A DNA stretch of 64,000 bases from an uncultured Anaerolineaceae bacterium (GTDB lineage: Bacteria; Chloroflexota; Anaerolineae; Anaerolineales; E44-bin32). Positions 19,562-29,060 of this stretch are shown here, one piece after another. The stretch covers positions 7,541 through 71,540 of the forward strand of contig CAYMCO010000027.1 of assembly GCA_964388955.1 (NCBI GenBank), read 5' to 3'. The notes under the pieces were generated by a model. The model was not told the DNA's origin, did not search any database, and was given only the letters and a program-made list of their open reading frames with translations. Made by a program: the position numbers and the translations under genes. How positions within the stretch are numbered: position 1 is the first letter of the stretch; every line of letters starts with the position of its first letter.

Positions 19562-20962
19562 GTGTCACTTCTCAAGCGAATAGAAGAAGGACAGTCACGA
19601 AACCCGCCAAGCGGGCCTGGGAATGCAGAGCGCTCGCAGGACGGGATGGGGGGGGCGCCGCCACCACGCCGGCCGTCGACGGCCGCGCAAAGGGATACCT
19701 ATCAAGACCTCAAGGTTCGGGTGCAGAACAAACTGCTGGCCGAACTCGATCCGTCCATGGATGTCAGCCTGACTGCAGAGGTCCGGCGCACCATCGAAGA
19801 GTTGTTTGAGAATATCCTGTCCGAGGAGAAGATCGTACTCTCCCGGCCGGAACGACGGCGGCTCCTCGAGCAGATCGTGGCCGAGATCATGGGCCTGGGC
19901 CCCTTGGAGCCCTTGATCGCCGATAACACCATCACAGAGATTATGGTGAACGGACATCGCAATATCTACATCGAGCGAGACGGCCGCATCCACCGGGAGC
20001 CCGCGGCCTTTGAGAGCGATGACCATTTGATGCGCATCATCGACCGCATCGTGGCACCACTGGGAAGGCGCATCGATGAGTCCAGCCCATACGTCGACGC
20101 GCGGCTCACAGATGGATCACGCGTGAACGCCGTGATCCCGCCGGTCTCTCTCGTGGGCCCGGTGCTGACCATCCGAAAATTCGGCGCCAACCCCATCACC
20201 GTCGAGGACCTGATCGAATTCGGCTCCATCAGCGCCGAAGCGATCGAATTCCTGAAAGCGTCGGTCATCGCCAAGATCAACATGGTAATATCGGGCGGCA
20301 CGGGCTCCGGGAAGACCACCTTGCTCAACGTGCTCTCACAGTTTGTGCCCGGCGACGAGCGCGTCATCACCATAGAGGACGCGGCGGAGCTACAGCTCCG
20401 CCAGGAGCATGTGGTCTCGCTGGAGAAGCGCATGCCGAATATCGAGGGGCGTGGTGAGGTCTCCATTCGGCAGCTTGTGATCAACTCCTTGCGAATGAGG
20501 CCCGACCGCATCATCGTGGGCGAGATCCGTGATGCCGCTGCCCTGGACATGCTCCAGGCGATGAACACCGGTCACGACGGATCCATGACCACTGCGCACT
20601 CGAACAGCCCACGCGATACATTGTCACGTATTGAGACGATGACCCTGATGGCCGGCATGGAACTGCCAGTGCGCGCCATCCGCGAGCAGATCGCTTCCGC
20701 GCTCGAGTTGGTGGTGCACCTCGAACGCCTGCGGGACGGCACGCGGCGGGTGACGCACGTTACAGAGATACAAGGGATGGAAGGTGACACCGTTACCATG
20801 CAGGACATCTTCGTGTTCGAGCAAACCGGTTTTGAGGATGGCCGCGTAATCGGCCGTTTGCGCCCCACCGGGTTGAGGCCGAAGTTCATCTATAAGCTGG
20901 AAACCAGCGGCATCAACCTGCCCGCCGCCATCTTCGGGCTCGGGGAGCGGATAAGGTACTGA
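19562..20962 (+). CDS. tadA: Tad secretion ATPase CpaF/TadA
   Basis: GGTGSGKTT, IEDAAEL, LRMRPDRIIVGE and AMNTGHDGS motifs. Confidence 0.95.
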   Translation: MSLLKRIEEGQSRNPPSGPGNAERSQDGMGGAPPPRRPSTAAQRDTYQDLKVRVQNKLLAELDPSMDVSLTAEVRRTIEELFENILSEEKIVLSRPERRRLLEQIVAEIMGLGPLEPLIADNTITEIMVNGHRNIYIERDGRIHREPAAFESDDHLMRIIDRIVAPLGRRIDESSPYVDARLTDGSRVNAVIPPVSLVGPVLTIRKFGANPITVEDLIEFGSISAEAIEFLKASVIAKINMVISGGTGSGKTTLLNVLSQFVPGDERVITIEDAAELQLRQEHVVSLEKRMPNIEGRGEVSIRQLVINSLRMRPDRIIVGEIRDAAALDMLQAMNTGHDGSMTTAHSNSPRDTLSRIETMTLMAGMELPVRAIREQIASALELVVHLERLRDGTRRVTHVTEIQGMEGDTVTMQDIFVFEQTGFEDGRVIGRLRPTGLRPKFIYKLETSGINLPAAIFGLGERIRY

Positions 20963-20965
20963 GCC

Positions 20966-21952
20966 ATGTCACTTGAACCGACTACATTGCTTCTGGTCGC
21001 CGGCGGCCTCGGACTGCTGCTGCTGGTCGTGGGCGTCCTCGTCTCCACCCTCGGCAGCGGATCGGTGGTCGAGGAGCGCCTCGGACGCTACGCGGAATCC
21101 GGCGGTCTGGTCACCGCAGGCGGGGACGACGAGGGCGCCCTGGTCGAGCGGCCGGGGCCAATCACCGAGTTCCTGGATCGCCTGGGTGAGGGCACGGATT
21201 TCTACCAAAGCCTTTCTCAAAGCCTCGCCCGGGCGGATCTGAAATTCCGCCCTGCGGAGTTCGTCGCCCTGATGATCCTCTCGGCAGTCGTCGTGGGGGC
21301 TCTCGGCGCCTTGCTCAGCCGCGCGGTGGGCTTCACGTTGCTCTCTCTGGCCGCGGGCCTGTACGTCCCCATTTGGTATATGCGGCGCGCGCAGAGGCGC
21401 CGGCTGAAGGAGTTCAATGACCAATTGGGCGACATGCTCAACTTGGTGGTGAACGGCCTGCGCGCCGGTTATTCCACGCTGATGGCCTTGGAGGCCGTCG
21501 GCAAAGAACTCCCGAATCCCATCGCGACGGAATTCCGTCGCGTGGTGCAGGAGATCCAACTGGGCATCCCCATGGAGGATGCGCTCACGCACTTGGTGAG
21601 GCGCATCGACAGCGATGACTTGGATATGGTCATCACGGCGATTGAGGTGCAGCGGGAAGTCGGCGGCAATCTGGCTGAGATCTTGGACACCATCTCCCAC
21701 ACCATCCGCGAGCGGGTGCGCATCAAGGGGGAGATTCAGGCCCTGACCGCCCAAGGGCAGATCACCGCGTGGGCGCTCTCACTGATGCCGGTGGGCCTCA
21801 GCTTATTGCTGTATCTGATCAACCGCGACTATATGGGGTCATTCTTTGCACCCGAGACCCGCTCCTGCGGGATTCCGATGCTGGTCGTCGCTGGGTTGAT
21901 GGTGATTGCGGGTTTCTTCATCACTCAGAAGATCGTGGACATCGACATATAG
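20966..21952 (+). CDS. tadB: TadB inner-membrane platform protein
   Basis: T2SSF domain (LRAGYS, QREVGGNLAEIL); follows tadA. Confidence 0.9.
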   Translation: MSLEPTTLLLVAGGLGLLLLVVGVLVSTLGSGSVVEERLGRYAESGGLVTAGGDDEGALVERPGPITEFLDRLGEGTDFYQSLSQSLARADLKFRPAEFVALMILSAVVVGALGALLSRAVGFTLLSLAAGLYVPIWYMRRAQRRRLKEFNDQLGDMLNLVVNGLRAGYSTLMALEAVGKELPNPIATEFRRVVQEIQLGIPMEDALTHLVRRIDSDDLDMVITAIEVQREVGGNLAEILDTISHTIRERVRIKGEIQALTAQGQITAWALSLMPVGLSLLLYLINRDYMGSFFAPETRSCGIPMLVVAGLMVIAGFFITQKIVDIDI

Positions 21953-22019
21953 ATCATTGGGTGAGAGTTTCGCTCGCTTCAGGAATATCGGGCGAGAGTC
22001 TCGAGGTAAGGATAGACAA

Positions 22020-22967
22020 ATGCCCACTCTGACATTGATTGCGCTGTTGTTGGGGGCCGCCGTGGTGGTCGCCATTATCCTGGTGGTCGTCGGGCTGCGC
22101 ATGCCCGAGGCTCAGGACCCGATCGCGGAGCGGCTGGCAGAACTCAAGGTCACCGATTCGCCGATGACGCTCGAGGAAATCGAGCTGTCGCAGCGGTTCT
22201 ACGAGCGCGTCGTCTTGCCTTTCTTCAACAACATCGGCCGCTTCGCGATGCGCTTCACACCCCAGGCCACACTCGAGTCGACGCGCGACAAGCTGGAGAC
22301 CGCCGGGAACCCCATGCGCCTGGATCCCGCATTCTTCCTGGCGCTCCGCTTCGTGCTGGCGGTCGGATTTGGCGGATCCATATTCATCACCTATGCCGTG
22401 ACCGGGCGCAACTGGGTGCAGGGGCTGCTGCTCTCCACGCTGTTCCTGCTGCTCGGCTTCATGTTCCCCGACCTATGGTTGACCAGCCGGATCAGGGGGC
22501 GTCAGAAGGCGGTCTTCAGGGCGATGCCCGACGCGCTTGACCTGCTCACCGTGTGCGTAGAGGCCGGGCTTGGGTTCGATGCGGCTATGAAGAAGGTCGC
22601 TGAGAAGTGGGACAATGACCTGGCGCTCGAGTTTGGCCGAGTGCTGCAGGAAATCGGCCTGGGCAAACTGCGGCGTGAAGCACTGCGTGACATGGCCAAC
22701 CGCCTGCAGGTTCCTGAGATGCTGAGTTTCGTCGCAGCGGTCATTCAATCCGAGCACCTCGGGGTGAGCATGTCCAAGGTGCTGCGGGTGCAATCCGAAC
22801 AGATGCGCCAGCGTCGACGGCAGATGGCGGAGGAAGAGGCGCGCCGGGCGCCGGTCAAGATGGTCTTTCCCATCGGGCTGTTGATCTTTCCGTCTCTCTT
22901 CATCATCCTGCTCGGGCCGGCGGCGCTCACTTTGCTCCGCTCCCAGTTGGCATCCATCGCTCGCTAA
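22020..22967 (+). CDS. tadC: TadC inner-membrane platform protein
   Basis: MPDALDLLTVCVEAGLGFD and KMVFP motifs; follows tadB. Confidence 0.9.
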   Translation: MPTLTLIALLLGAAVVVAIILVVVGLRMPEAQDPIAERLAELKVTDSPMTLEEIELSQRFYERVVLPFFNNIGRFAMRFTPQATLESTRDKLETAGNPMRLDPAFFLALRFVLAVGFGGSIFITYAVTGRNWVQGLLLSTLFLLLGFMFPDLWLTSRIRGRQKAVFRAMPDALDLLTVCVEAGLGFDAAMKKVAEKWDNDLALEFGRVLQEIGLGKLRREALRDMANRLQVPEMLSFVAAVIQSEHLGVSMSKVLRVQSEQMRQRRRQMAEEEARRAPVKMVFPIGLLIFPSLFIILLGPAALTLLRSQLASIAR

Positions 22968-23001
22968 TCGGTAGACGGGCGGACCCCCGAAGGGGGCAGG
23001 G

Positions 23002-23709
23002 GTGACCCATTCTCTGATTCGCATTCCCAGGGCAGCTCTTGACGCCGCCTTGGATCTACTATTCCCGCCCAAGTGTGTATCCTGTGAGGCGAGGGGCGAT
23101 ATCTGGTGTTCCCGGTGCGACCGATCACTGCAACGCCTCTCCGGCAGGCTGTGCACCTGGTGCGGAGCGTCGATATCCCGCGGTCATGTATGCGCGGTCT
23201 GCGAGCACCGGCCACCACCGCTCATGGTGCGCTCCTTCGCCCGGTACAAACCGCCCCTTGTTCACGCCATTCTGATGTTAAAATACCAACCGAACCGCCA
23301 GCTCGCACACCGCATGGCGGATTGGCTGCAGGGTTTGGTGAGGAGGGCCGCTTGGCGGCCAGATAGCGTTGTACCGGTCCCCTTGGCACCCGAACGATTT
23401 CGGACCCGCGGGTACAACCAGGCGGAGCTGATTTCCCACGAACTGGCCGCATTGTTGCATCTAGCCTCAATCCCAAATATGCTCTTCAGGGCAAGGGAGA
23501 CCAGGACGCAAGTTGGTCTGCACCCGGAGGAGCGTTGGCGGAACGTGCTGGGCGCTTTTCAAGCCGATCCGGAATTGGCCGATGGCCAAGATGTCCTGTT
23601 GGTGGATGATCTCTACACGACCGGCGCTACGCTGGCCGCTTGCGCTGAAGCGCTGTACGAAGCCGGCGCAGCCCATGTCTTTGGAGTGACGGTCGGGCGA
23701 GCCGGATAG
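23002..23709 (+). CDS. comF: ComF(C)-family competence protein: double zinc ribbon plus PRTase domain
   Basis: Four CxxC pairs, RGYNQA and LVDDLYTTGATL. Confidence 0.9.
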   Translation: MTHSLIRIPRAALDAALDLLFPPKCVSCEARGDIWCSRCDRSLQRLSGRLCTWCGASISRGHVCAVCEHRPPPLMVRSFARYKPPLVHAILMLKYQPNRQLAHRMADWLQGLVRRAAWRPDSVVPVPLAPERFRTRGYNQAELISHELAALLHLASIPNMLFRARETRTQVGLHPEERWRNVLGAFQADPELADGQDVLLVDDLYTTGATLAACAEALYEAGAAHVFGVTVGRAG

Positions 23710-23732
23710 CCGAATACAGGGAAGGAGTGACA

Positions 23733-24302
23733 ATGGGTGTCAGGGTTCGCATCAATGTGCACGATATGGAATTGACGGACCGGCTGAGGGAGACGGTCAC
23801 AAAGAAGGTCGAAAAGCTGGATCGATATCTGGACATATTGGAAGAGGCGACGGTCGATCTATCCTTCGTGGAATCTGCTCGTGACGCCAATGATCGGCAG
23901 GTCGCACAGATTACGGTTCGGGGCAAAGGAGTGCTGCTCCGGGCAGAGGAGCGTACGGGCGACATCTACGCATCCATTGACGCGGTGCTGGAAAAGATCA
24001 GCAAGCAGATCCGGCGCTATAAGGGGAGACGTTGGAACAGAAGAGGGGATGGGCGTTCTGTCTCCGACCTGACGTTGACGGAGAGGACTTTGGAAGAGGA
24101 AACGGACGAGGCGGATGCCCGCATCGCCCGGCGGAAGAGATTCATGCTCACCCCGATGGACATCCGGGAGGCCATAGAGCAAATGGACTTGCTGGGGCAT
24201 GAGGATTTCTTCGTCTACTTGGACGCGGAGACCAGCAATACCCATGTGCTGTACCGCCGGCGCGATGGCACGCTGGGTTTGATCGAAACGGAGATCGGCT
24301 GA
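23733..24302 (+). CDS. hpf: long-form ribosome hibernation promoting factor
   Basis: DIYASID and the C-terminal EAIEQMDLLGH..VLYRRRDG domain. Confidence 0.9.
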   Translation: MGVRVRINVHDMELTDRLRETVTKKVEKLDRYLDILEEATVDLSFVESARDANDRQVAQITVRGKGVLLRAEERTGDIYASIDAVLEKISKQIRRYKGRRWNRRGDGRSVSDLTLTERTLEEETDEADARIARRKRFMLTPMDIREAIEQMDLLGHEDFFVYLDAETSNTHVLYRRRDGTLGLIETEIG

Positions 24303-24335
24303 GAACGCATTGGTCCGGGGCCAAAGGGTGGCCGG

Positions 24336-25448
24336 ATGAGTCTTCGAACTCCGGTGATTGTCTTTCAACCGCCGGCCGGGGAGAGTAGGGCGGAAAAATG
24401 GGTGGCACAAGGGCGGCTTCAGGCCGCCCTTGATTTGGTCACCCGCCTGCAGCGCGTGACCGCTGCAGGTGAGATCCTGGTGCTGGCCGCGGACCCGGGG
24501 GATCGCCGCAGGCTCGTGAATGCCGGGGCGGTGCCCATCGACCCACAGCCACCCCCATTCCACTTTGGGCGTGTCCTCTTGGATGAGGTGGAGCGTCGGG
24601 GGTGGAGCCGGTTTGCTTACTTCGGAGGAGCCAGCGCGCCGCTGTTGCCCGTCGAATATCTGCAAGACCTCTTCGAGAGGGCATGCGCGGCCAGCGGTGC
24701 GCGATGCTGGGTGAACAACTATCACTCCACTGATTGGGCCATCGTGCGGGTGACAAAGGGCATGATGAATCTGGCGGACAGACTACCCACAGACAATGCC
24801 CTTGGGTGGGTATTGTCGCACGATGCCGGCTACGAGGTGCAGGCAATGCCCCCGGAGGCCGCGACCAGACTGGACATCGATACACCCGCCGACATCCTTG
24901 TGATGAAGGGCCATCCGCACCTCGGCGATAATCTGCGGCGGTTTGTAGAAAGCGCGCCGGAAGATTCGCTCCGGCGAATCGCGACCGTTCAACACCTGAT
25001 GCGCAAACCCGGTACGACCTTGACGGTGATCGGAAGGGGGTCTTCCCGCGCCTGGCGTGCCCTCGAAGACCGGGCCCAAATCTGGGTGCGCATGCTCGTC
25101 GAGGAGCGCGGCATGGTGGCCAGCCGCAGAGTTGCCCAGGGGAGGGTGCGCTCATTGGTGGCATCCTTGCTTGAGGAGATCGGTCCCGGGCGATTCGTCC
25201 GGGAGCTCTGCGAGATCAGCGACGGCGTCTTGTGGGACACCCGTGTGTGGATGGCCCATCATGGCGCCTGGCCGAGCGACGCGGATCGCTTCGCTGCTGA
25301 CCTGGGCTGGTCGGATCAAGTCGCGGATCCAGCCTTGAGAAAACTCACAGAGGTCGTCTCAGCCGCGCCGTGTCCGATCCTCACCGGCGGGCATGGTCTG
25401 GTATCGGGGGGGATCTACGCTCTTTTGGACACCGCGCTCGTGACGTGA
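24336..25448 (+). CDS. hypothetical protein with a CofC/MobA-like nucleotidyltransferase-type N-terminal domain
   Basis: 370-aa ORF with a DIDTPAD motif; function not assignable. Confidence 0.55.
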   Translation: MSLRTPVIVFQPPAGESRAEKWVAQGRLQAALDLVTRLQRVTAAGEILVLAADPGDRRRLVNAGAVPIDPQPPPFHFGRVLLDEVERRGWSRFAYFGGASAPLLPVEYLQDLFERACAASGARCWVNNYHSTDWAIVRVTKGMMNLADRLPTDNALGWVLSHDAGYEVQAMPPEAATRLDIDTPADILVMKGHPHLGDNLRRFVESAPEDSLRRIATVQHLMRKPGTTLTVIGRGSSRAWRALEDRAQIWVRMLVEERGMVASRRVAQGRVRSLVASLLEEIGPGRFVRELCEISDGVLWDTRVWMAHHGAWPSDADRFAADLGWSDQVADPALRKLTEVVSAAPCPILTGGHGLVSGGIYALLDTALVT

Positions 25449-25449
25449 A

Positions 25450-25953
25450 CTACCAGCCGGCGAGATAACGGTTCCATCCCCGGTTTTCATCCAAATAGGT
25501 GCCGAAGCGGTAAAGCGCGGTCTGATGAGGCTCTCGGGGGAGCTGAAGCAGATGCATACCGGCCTCTCGCAGGGTCCGCCCACCCTTGCGGACATTACAT
25601 TCCGCGCAGGCTGTCACCAGATTCGTCCAACTGTGATCGCCACCTCGGTGGCGGGGGACGATGTGGTCGATGGTCAATCGCCTCGAATGTCGGCCGCAAT
25701 ACTGGCAGCGGTACCCATCCCGGCGCAGGATCTCGCGTTTATTGAGCTGAATCCGGGGTCGGGGGCGATGAACCATATAGTCGAGACGGATCACCGATGG
25801 CCTCGGGAAATCTCTGCGCACGGTGTGCACAATGCCGCGCCCGTTCTCGATGATCTCCGCCTTGCCCAGAATCAGCAAGGCCAGCGCCCGGCGCGTCCGG
25901 CACACATTCAAGGGTTCGAAATTCGCGTTCAGCAAGAGTACAGGGTCATTCAT
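25450..25953 (-). CDS. HNH endonuclease family protein
   Basis: VLLLNANFEPL, RDGYRCQYCG, TIDHIVPR, CAECNVRKG. Promoter TTGCGG-16-TATAAT at 26006-25979. Confidence 0.9.
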   Translation of the reverse strand: MNDPVLLLNANFEPLNVCRTRRALALLILGKAEIIENGRGIVHTVRRDFPRPSVIRLDYMVHRPRPRIQLNKREILRRDGYRCQYCGRHSRRLTIDHIVPRHRGGDHSWTNLVTACAECNVRKGGRTLREAGMHLLQLPREPHQTALYRFGTYLDENRGWNRYLAGW

Positions 25954-26023
25954 CGGCGCTGCGTTCTGTTTGGCCGGCATTATACCAACGCAGGCTGACT
26001 CCGCAAGATGACATTCCTCTATG

Positions 26024-26212
26024 GTGCGTTCCATTCCAGGGGGCAGCTATGCCCGCAAACTGGCCCGTCACTCGGGCGCCCTCCACTCAGCTCCTGGACT
26101 GCCCATCGCGGTGATCCACGCCGCGGAAGATCGACTCCGCCTTTGGAGATCCTTTCCACCCGCCACCCCAATCCCCTCCCCCCAAAGGACCTCTCCCCCT
26201 CCCCCGGCCTCC
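26024..26212 (+). repeat. non-coding repeat, copy 1 (inverted relative to 30747-30912)
   Basis: Bases 26057-26136 are the exact reverse complement of 30800-30879, and the flanks are similar. Confidence 0.9.
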
Positions 26213-26536
26213 CACGTCCGCCGGGAGCACGACGGGAGGAGGTGGACACATGCTTCGCATGCGCACGAAGCAGAGCCTTGCGACTCCACAAAGCTCGCGC
26301 CGGGTCCGTCGACATGTGGAGTCGCCATCCTCTGCTTGGCGCTGAAGCGAAGCTTCAGGAGATGAACGGCAAGCCGCCTGGTAGGAAGGAGCCTGTCGAG
26401 AGTGGTCATGGTCGGGGAGCAGACCCGGCCCGTCTCTCGATACACCTCTCGCCGATGGCGCTCGGCACACGAGATGCGCATCTTTCTTGCCGTTCGTCGT
26501 TGGTCGGATAGGCTGCAGATTTCAGGTTACACATTG

Positions 26537-26641
26537 CACGTTCAAACGTGACAACGTTCCAACGTGGGGGCGCGCTAGCAAGCCAACCGTCTTGTGGTTC
26601 ATCGTTTGGCGCCTACAGCTTATGGCCAATGCCTCATCGCG
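26537..26641. repeat. short degenerate tandem repeats (8-mers nnACGTnn x4, then 7-mers)
   Basis: gcacgttc aaacgtga caacgttc caacgtgg, followed by ttcatcg tttggcg cctacag cttatgg ccaatgc ctcatcg. Confidence 0.5.
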
Positions 26642-26652
26642 CCCTGCGCGGT

Positions 26653-28164
26653 CTACACAAACCGGCGCCTGATCTCCGAGCTGATGTAGTCCAGCACCGC
26701 CACCGTAATGGCGATGAACCAGACCGCGATGCCCGCGGCGCGGTAATCCAGTAGGCGGATCCACTGGATGAGCAGGAACCCGATCCCGCCGCCGCCGACC
26801 AGCCCGATCACCGTGGACATGCGAACATTGATATCCCAGCGGTAGATGGTGAAGGATACGAAAGGCGGCACGATCTGGGGGATCACGGCGTAGATGACAG
26901 TCTGGACCCAGTTGGCGCCGGTTGCCTGGATTGCCTCGATCGGGCCCGGATCGATGGACTCGATGGATTCGGAATACAGCTTTCCCAGGGCGGCGATCGT
27001 ATGCAGGCTGAGAGCGAGGATCCCCGGGAAGGGCCCCAGCCCGACGACCACCACCGCGATGACCGTCCAGATCAACGGCTCGATAGAGCGCACGATGTTG
27101 AGAACGGTGCGGGTGATGAAATAGATTCCCAAGGTCAAGATCGATGCCGACATCAAGTTGCGGGCCGCCAGGAAACTGATGGGGATGGCGAAGATGATGC
27201 CGAAGAAAGTGGCCATCATGCCCAGGAAGATGGTCTCAATCATGCGCTCGACGGCCAGGCGTAGTTCCCGGCTCGGCTCAGGCGGCCCCACACCTGCCAC
27301 CTGCTGGGCGTGGATGGTCCATATCTGGGCTTCCTCGCTCACGCTGGGAGGCAGGAGCCGGTACGGCATCACGATGTCCAAACTGAAATCCCCCTCGTCG
27401 TCGGTGACCGGCGTGATGAATTCTCCCCCCTGCCGCTGCCGGAACTCATTCCCAATGGGGTCTTCCCACAGCAGCTTTGTACTGGCATCGGGAGCGAAAT
27501 TGCCTCCCTGGAGGGACAGGGTGGTGCCGGGCGTGCCATCCTGCTCGGAAAGCGATCCGCAGGTCGGTTCGGCGATCAGGTAGGGTTCATCCGACTGCGG
27601 CCGGTTGGCTGGAGGGGGGGTGTCCGTGCAGGGAACCTGAATGTCGGCGCTGGCTTCGATGAGTTCTTCGTGCCGGGAGACCGCTCGCGTCCACGGCCAC
27701 ATCACCTCTTCCAGCTTCGCTCCACCTTCCTCGAGGCCCTGGACCAGCTGCAGAGGCTCGATTTCCCCAATCTGCCATCCCAGGCCAAAGAAGATGATTG
27801 CCACCAATAGGAATAGCGCTGCTGCGTTCCGACTCTGCCCACGGGCGGTGAAGAATGCGTCGATCGTCACCCAGATATAGAGGATCACCACGCCGATGCT
27901 GATGACGATCAGCGTCGGCTCGAGGCGCAGGGCCTTTCGAAGTATCTGCGCCAGACCTTCGGTCCGCTGCACCGATACGCTGAAGCGCCAGATCAGGAGA
28001 CCGACAATGCTGACAAAGGTGATCAGGAGAGTGAAACCGCGTCGAAATTCCCGACTCAGCATGTGCCCCAGCCCGGGCAGGAGCAGTGAAAGGAGCGCTG
28101 CGATGGCAGGCGGCACCAGCGGAGGCTTTTGTGCGGTCTGCGGTCTTCTTCTGTGTCGATTCAT
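26653..28164 (-). CDS. phnE: phosphonate/phosphite-type ABC permease PhnE with N-terminal extension and extracellular insert
   Basis: C-terminal PhnE motifs RSIEPLIW, GKLYSESIE and YRWDINVRMSTVIG. Confidence 0.85.
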   Translation of the reverse strand: MNRHRRRPQTAQKPPLVPPAIAALLSLLLPGLGHMLSREFRRGFTLLITFVSIVGLLIWRFSVSVQRTEGLAQILRKALRLEPTLIVISIGVVILYIWVTIDAFFTARGQSRNAAALFLLVAIIFFGLGWQIGEIEPLQLVQGLEEGGAKLEEVMWPWTRAVSRHEELIEASADIQVPCTDTPPPANRPQSDEPYLIAEPTCGSLSEQDGTPGTTLSLQGGNFAPDASTKLLWEDPIGNEFRQRQGGEFITPVTDDEGDFSLDIVMPYRLLPPSVSEEAQIWTIHAQQVAGVGPPEPSRELRLAVERMIETIFLGMMATFFGIIFAIPISFLAARNLMSASILTLGIYFITRTVLNIVRSIEPLIWTVIAVVVVGLGPFPGILALSLHTIAALGKLYSESIESIDPGPIEAIQATGANWVQTVIYAVIPQIVPPFVSFTIYRWDINVRMSTVIGLVGGGGIGFLLIQWIRLLDYRAAGIAVWFIAITVAVLDYISSEIRRRFV

Positions 28165-28174
28165 CTGGGCTCTC

Positions 28175-28966
28175 CTAGGCTGCCTCGTGCAGCTCGCCCT
28201 CCAGCCCACCTACGCGCACTGCCTCCTCGCCGTAGATGTCTTTGAATTGCTCGTCGGTCATGGCGCGGATATCTTCTCGAGTGCCCCGATAGACGATTTC
28301 CCCCTCACGAAGCCCGATCACGCGAGTCGCATAGCGCTGAACCAGATCCAGATAGTGCAGGCTGCAGATGACGGTGATGCCTTCCTCCTTGTTCAAGTCC
28401 TCGAGGTGCTGAAGGATAGAATGCGCCAGCACAGGATCCAGACTGGCGACGGGCTCGTCGGCAAGGATCAGTTCGGGCTCCTGCATGAGGGCGCGCGCGA
28501 TTCCCACCCGCTGCTGCTGCCCGCCGCTCAGCTCGTCAGCGCGCTTGCGGGCTTGGTCGGTGATGCCCAGTCGCTCCAGGGCGGTGTAGGCCTTCTCGCG
28601 ATCCCCTCTTGAGAAACGTCCGGTGAGGCTGGTCCATGTGGGGGTGAATCCCAGGCGTCCCGCCAGCACATTGGTGATCACAGACGAGCGTTTCACCAGA
28701 TTGAAATGCTGGAAGATCATTCCAATCTTCCGGCGCACCTTCCGCAACTCATCGCCTTCCAGGTCGGTCATGTCCACGCCGTCCCAGACGATCTGCCCTT
28801 CGGTGGGGTCGATGAGCCGGTTGATGCATCGCAGCAGGGTGGACTTCCCTGAGCCGCTCAAGCCGATCACGACGAGAAACTCCCCCTCTTCCACCTCGAA
28901 GCTCACGTTATTCAGCGCAACCGTGCCGTCATCGTAGATCTTGGTCAGGTTCCGCACTTCGAGCAT
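28175..28966 (-). CDS. phnC: phosphonate-type ABC ATPase
   Basis: [18 protein letters not shown] and [11 protein letters not shown]. Confidence 0.9.
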   Translation of the reverse strand: MLEVRNLTKIYDDGTVALNNVSFEVEEGEFLVVIGLSGSGKSTLLRCINRLIDPTEGQIVWDGVDMTDLEGDELRKVRRKIGMIFQHFNLVKRSSVITNVLAGRLGFTPTWTSLTGRFSRGDREKAYTALERLGITDQARKRADELSGGQQQRVGIARALMQEPELILADEPVASLDPVLAHSILQHLEDLNKEEGITVICSLHYLDLVQRYATRVIGLREGEIVYRGTREDIRAMTDEQFKDIYGEEAVRVGGLEGELHEAA

Positions 28967-28984
28967 CCAACGATCCTCCCATGG

Positions 28985-29019
28985 AAAAGCGGGGGACGGG
29001 CCGTGCACCGCCCCCCGCT
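28985..29019 (-). terminator. stem-loop with U tract between phnD and phnC
   Basis: Minus strand agcggggggcgg-tgcacggc-ccgtcccccgct followed by ttt. Confidence 0.6.
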
Positions 29020-29060
29020 GGCTTCCATGCTCTGCTCCGACGTCAACAGCTCAGAACTCG

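Noticed and set aside
25450-26212. HNH gene plus adjacent structured repeat as an IscB/omegaRNA-like or Cas9-like system
   Set aside because: The protein is about 167 aa with no RuvC or PLMP region and belongs to a common stand-alone HNH type. The second repeat copy lies next to folC, not a nuclease.
26021-26365. ORFs overlapping the long repeat (also 30298-30912) that share peptide sequence
   Set aside because: The similarity reflects the DNA repeat; there is no SD or protein motif, and the frames diverge outside the core.
26537-26641. Short repeat arrays as a CRISPR array
   Set aside because: Units are 7-8 bp with no spacers, and no cas genes are present.
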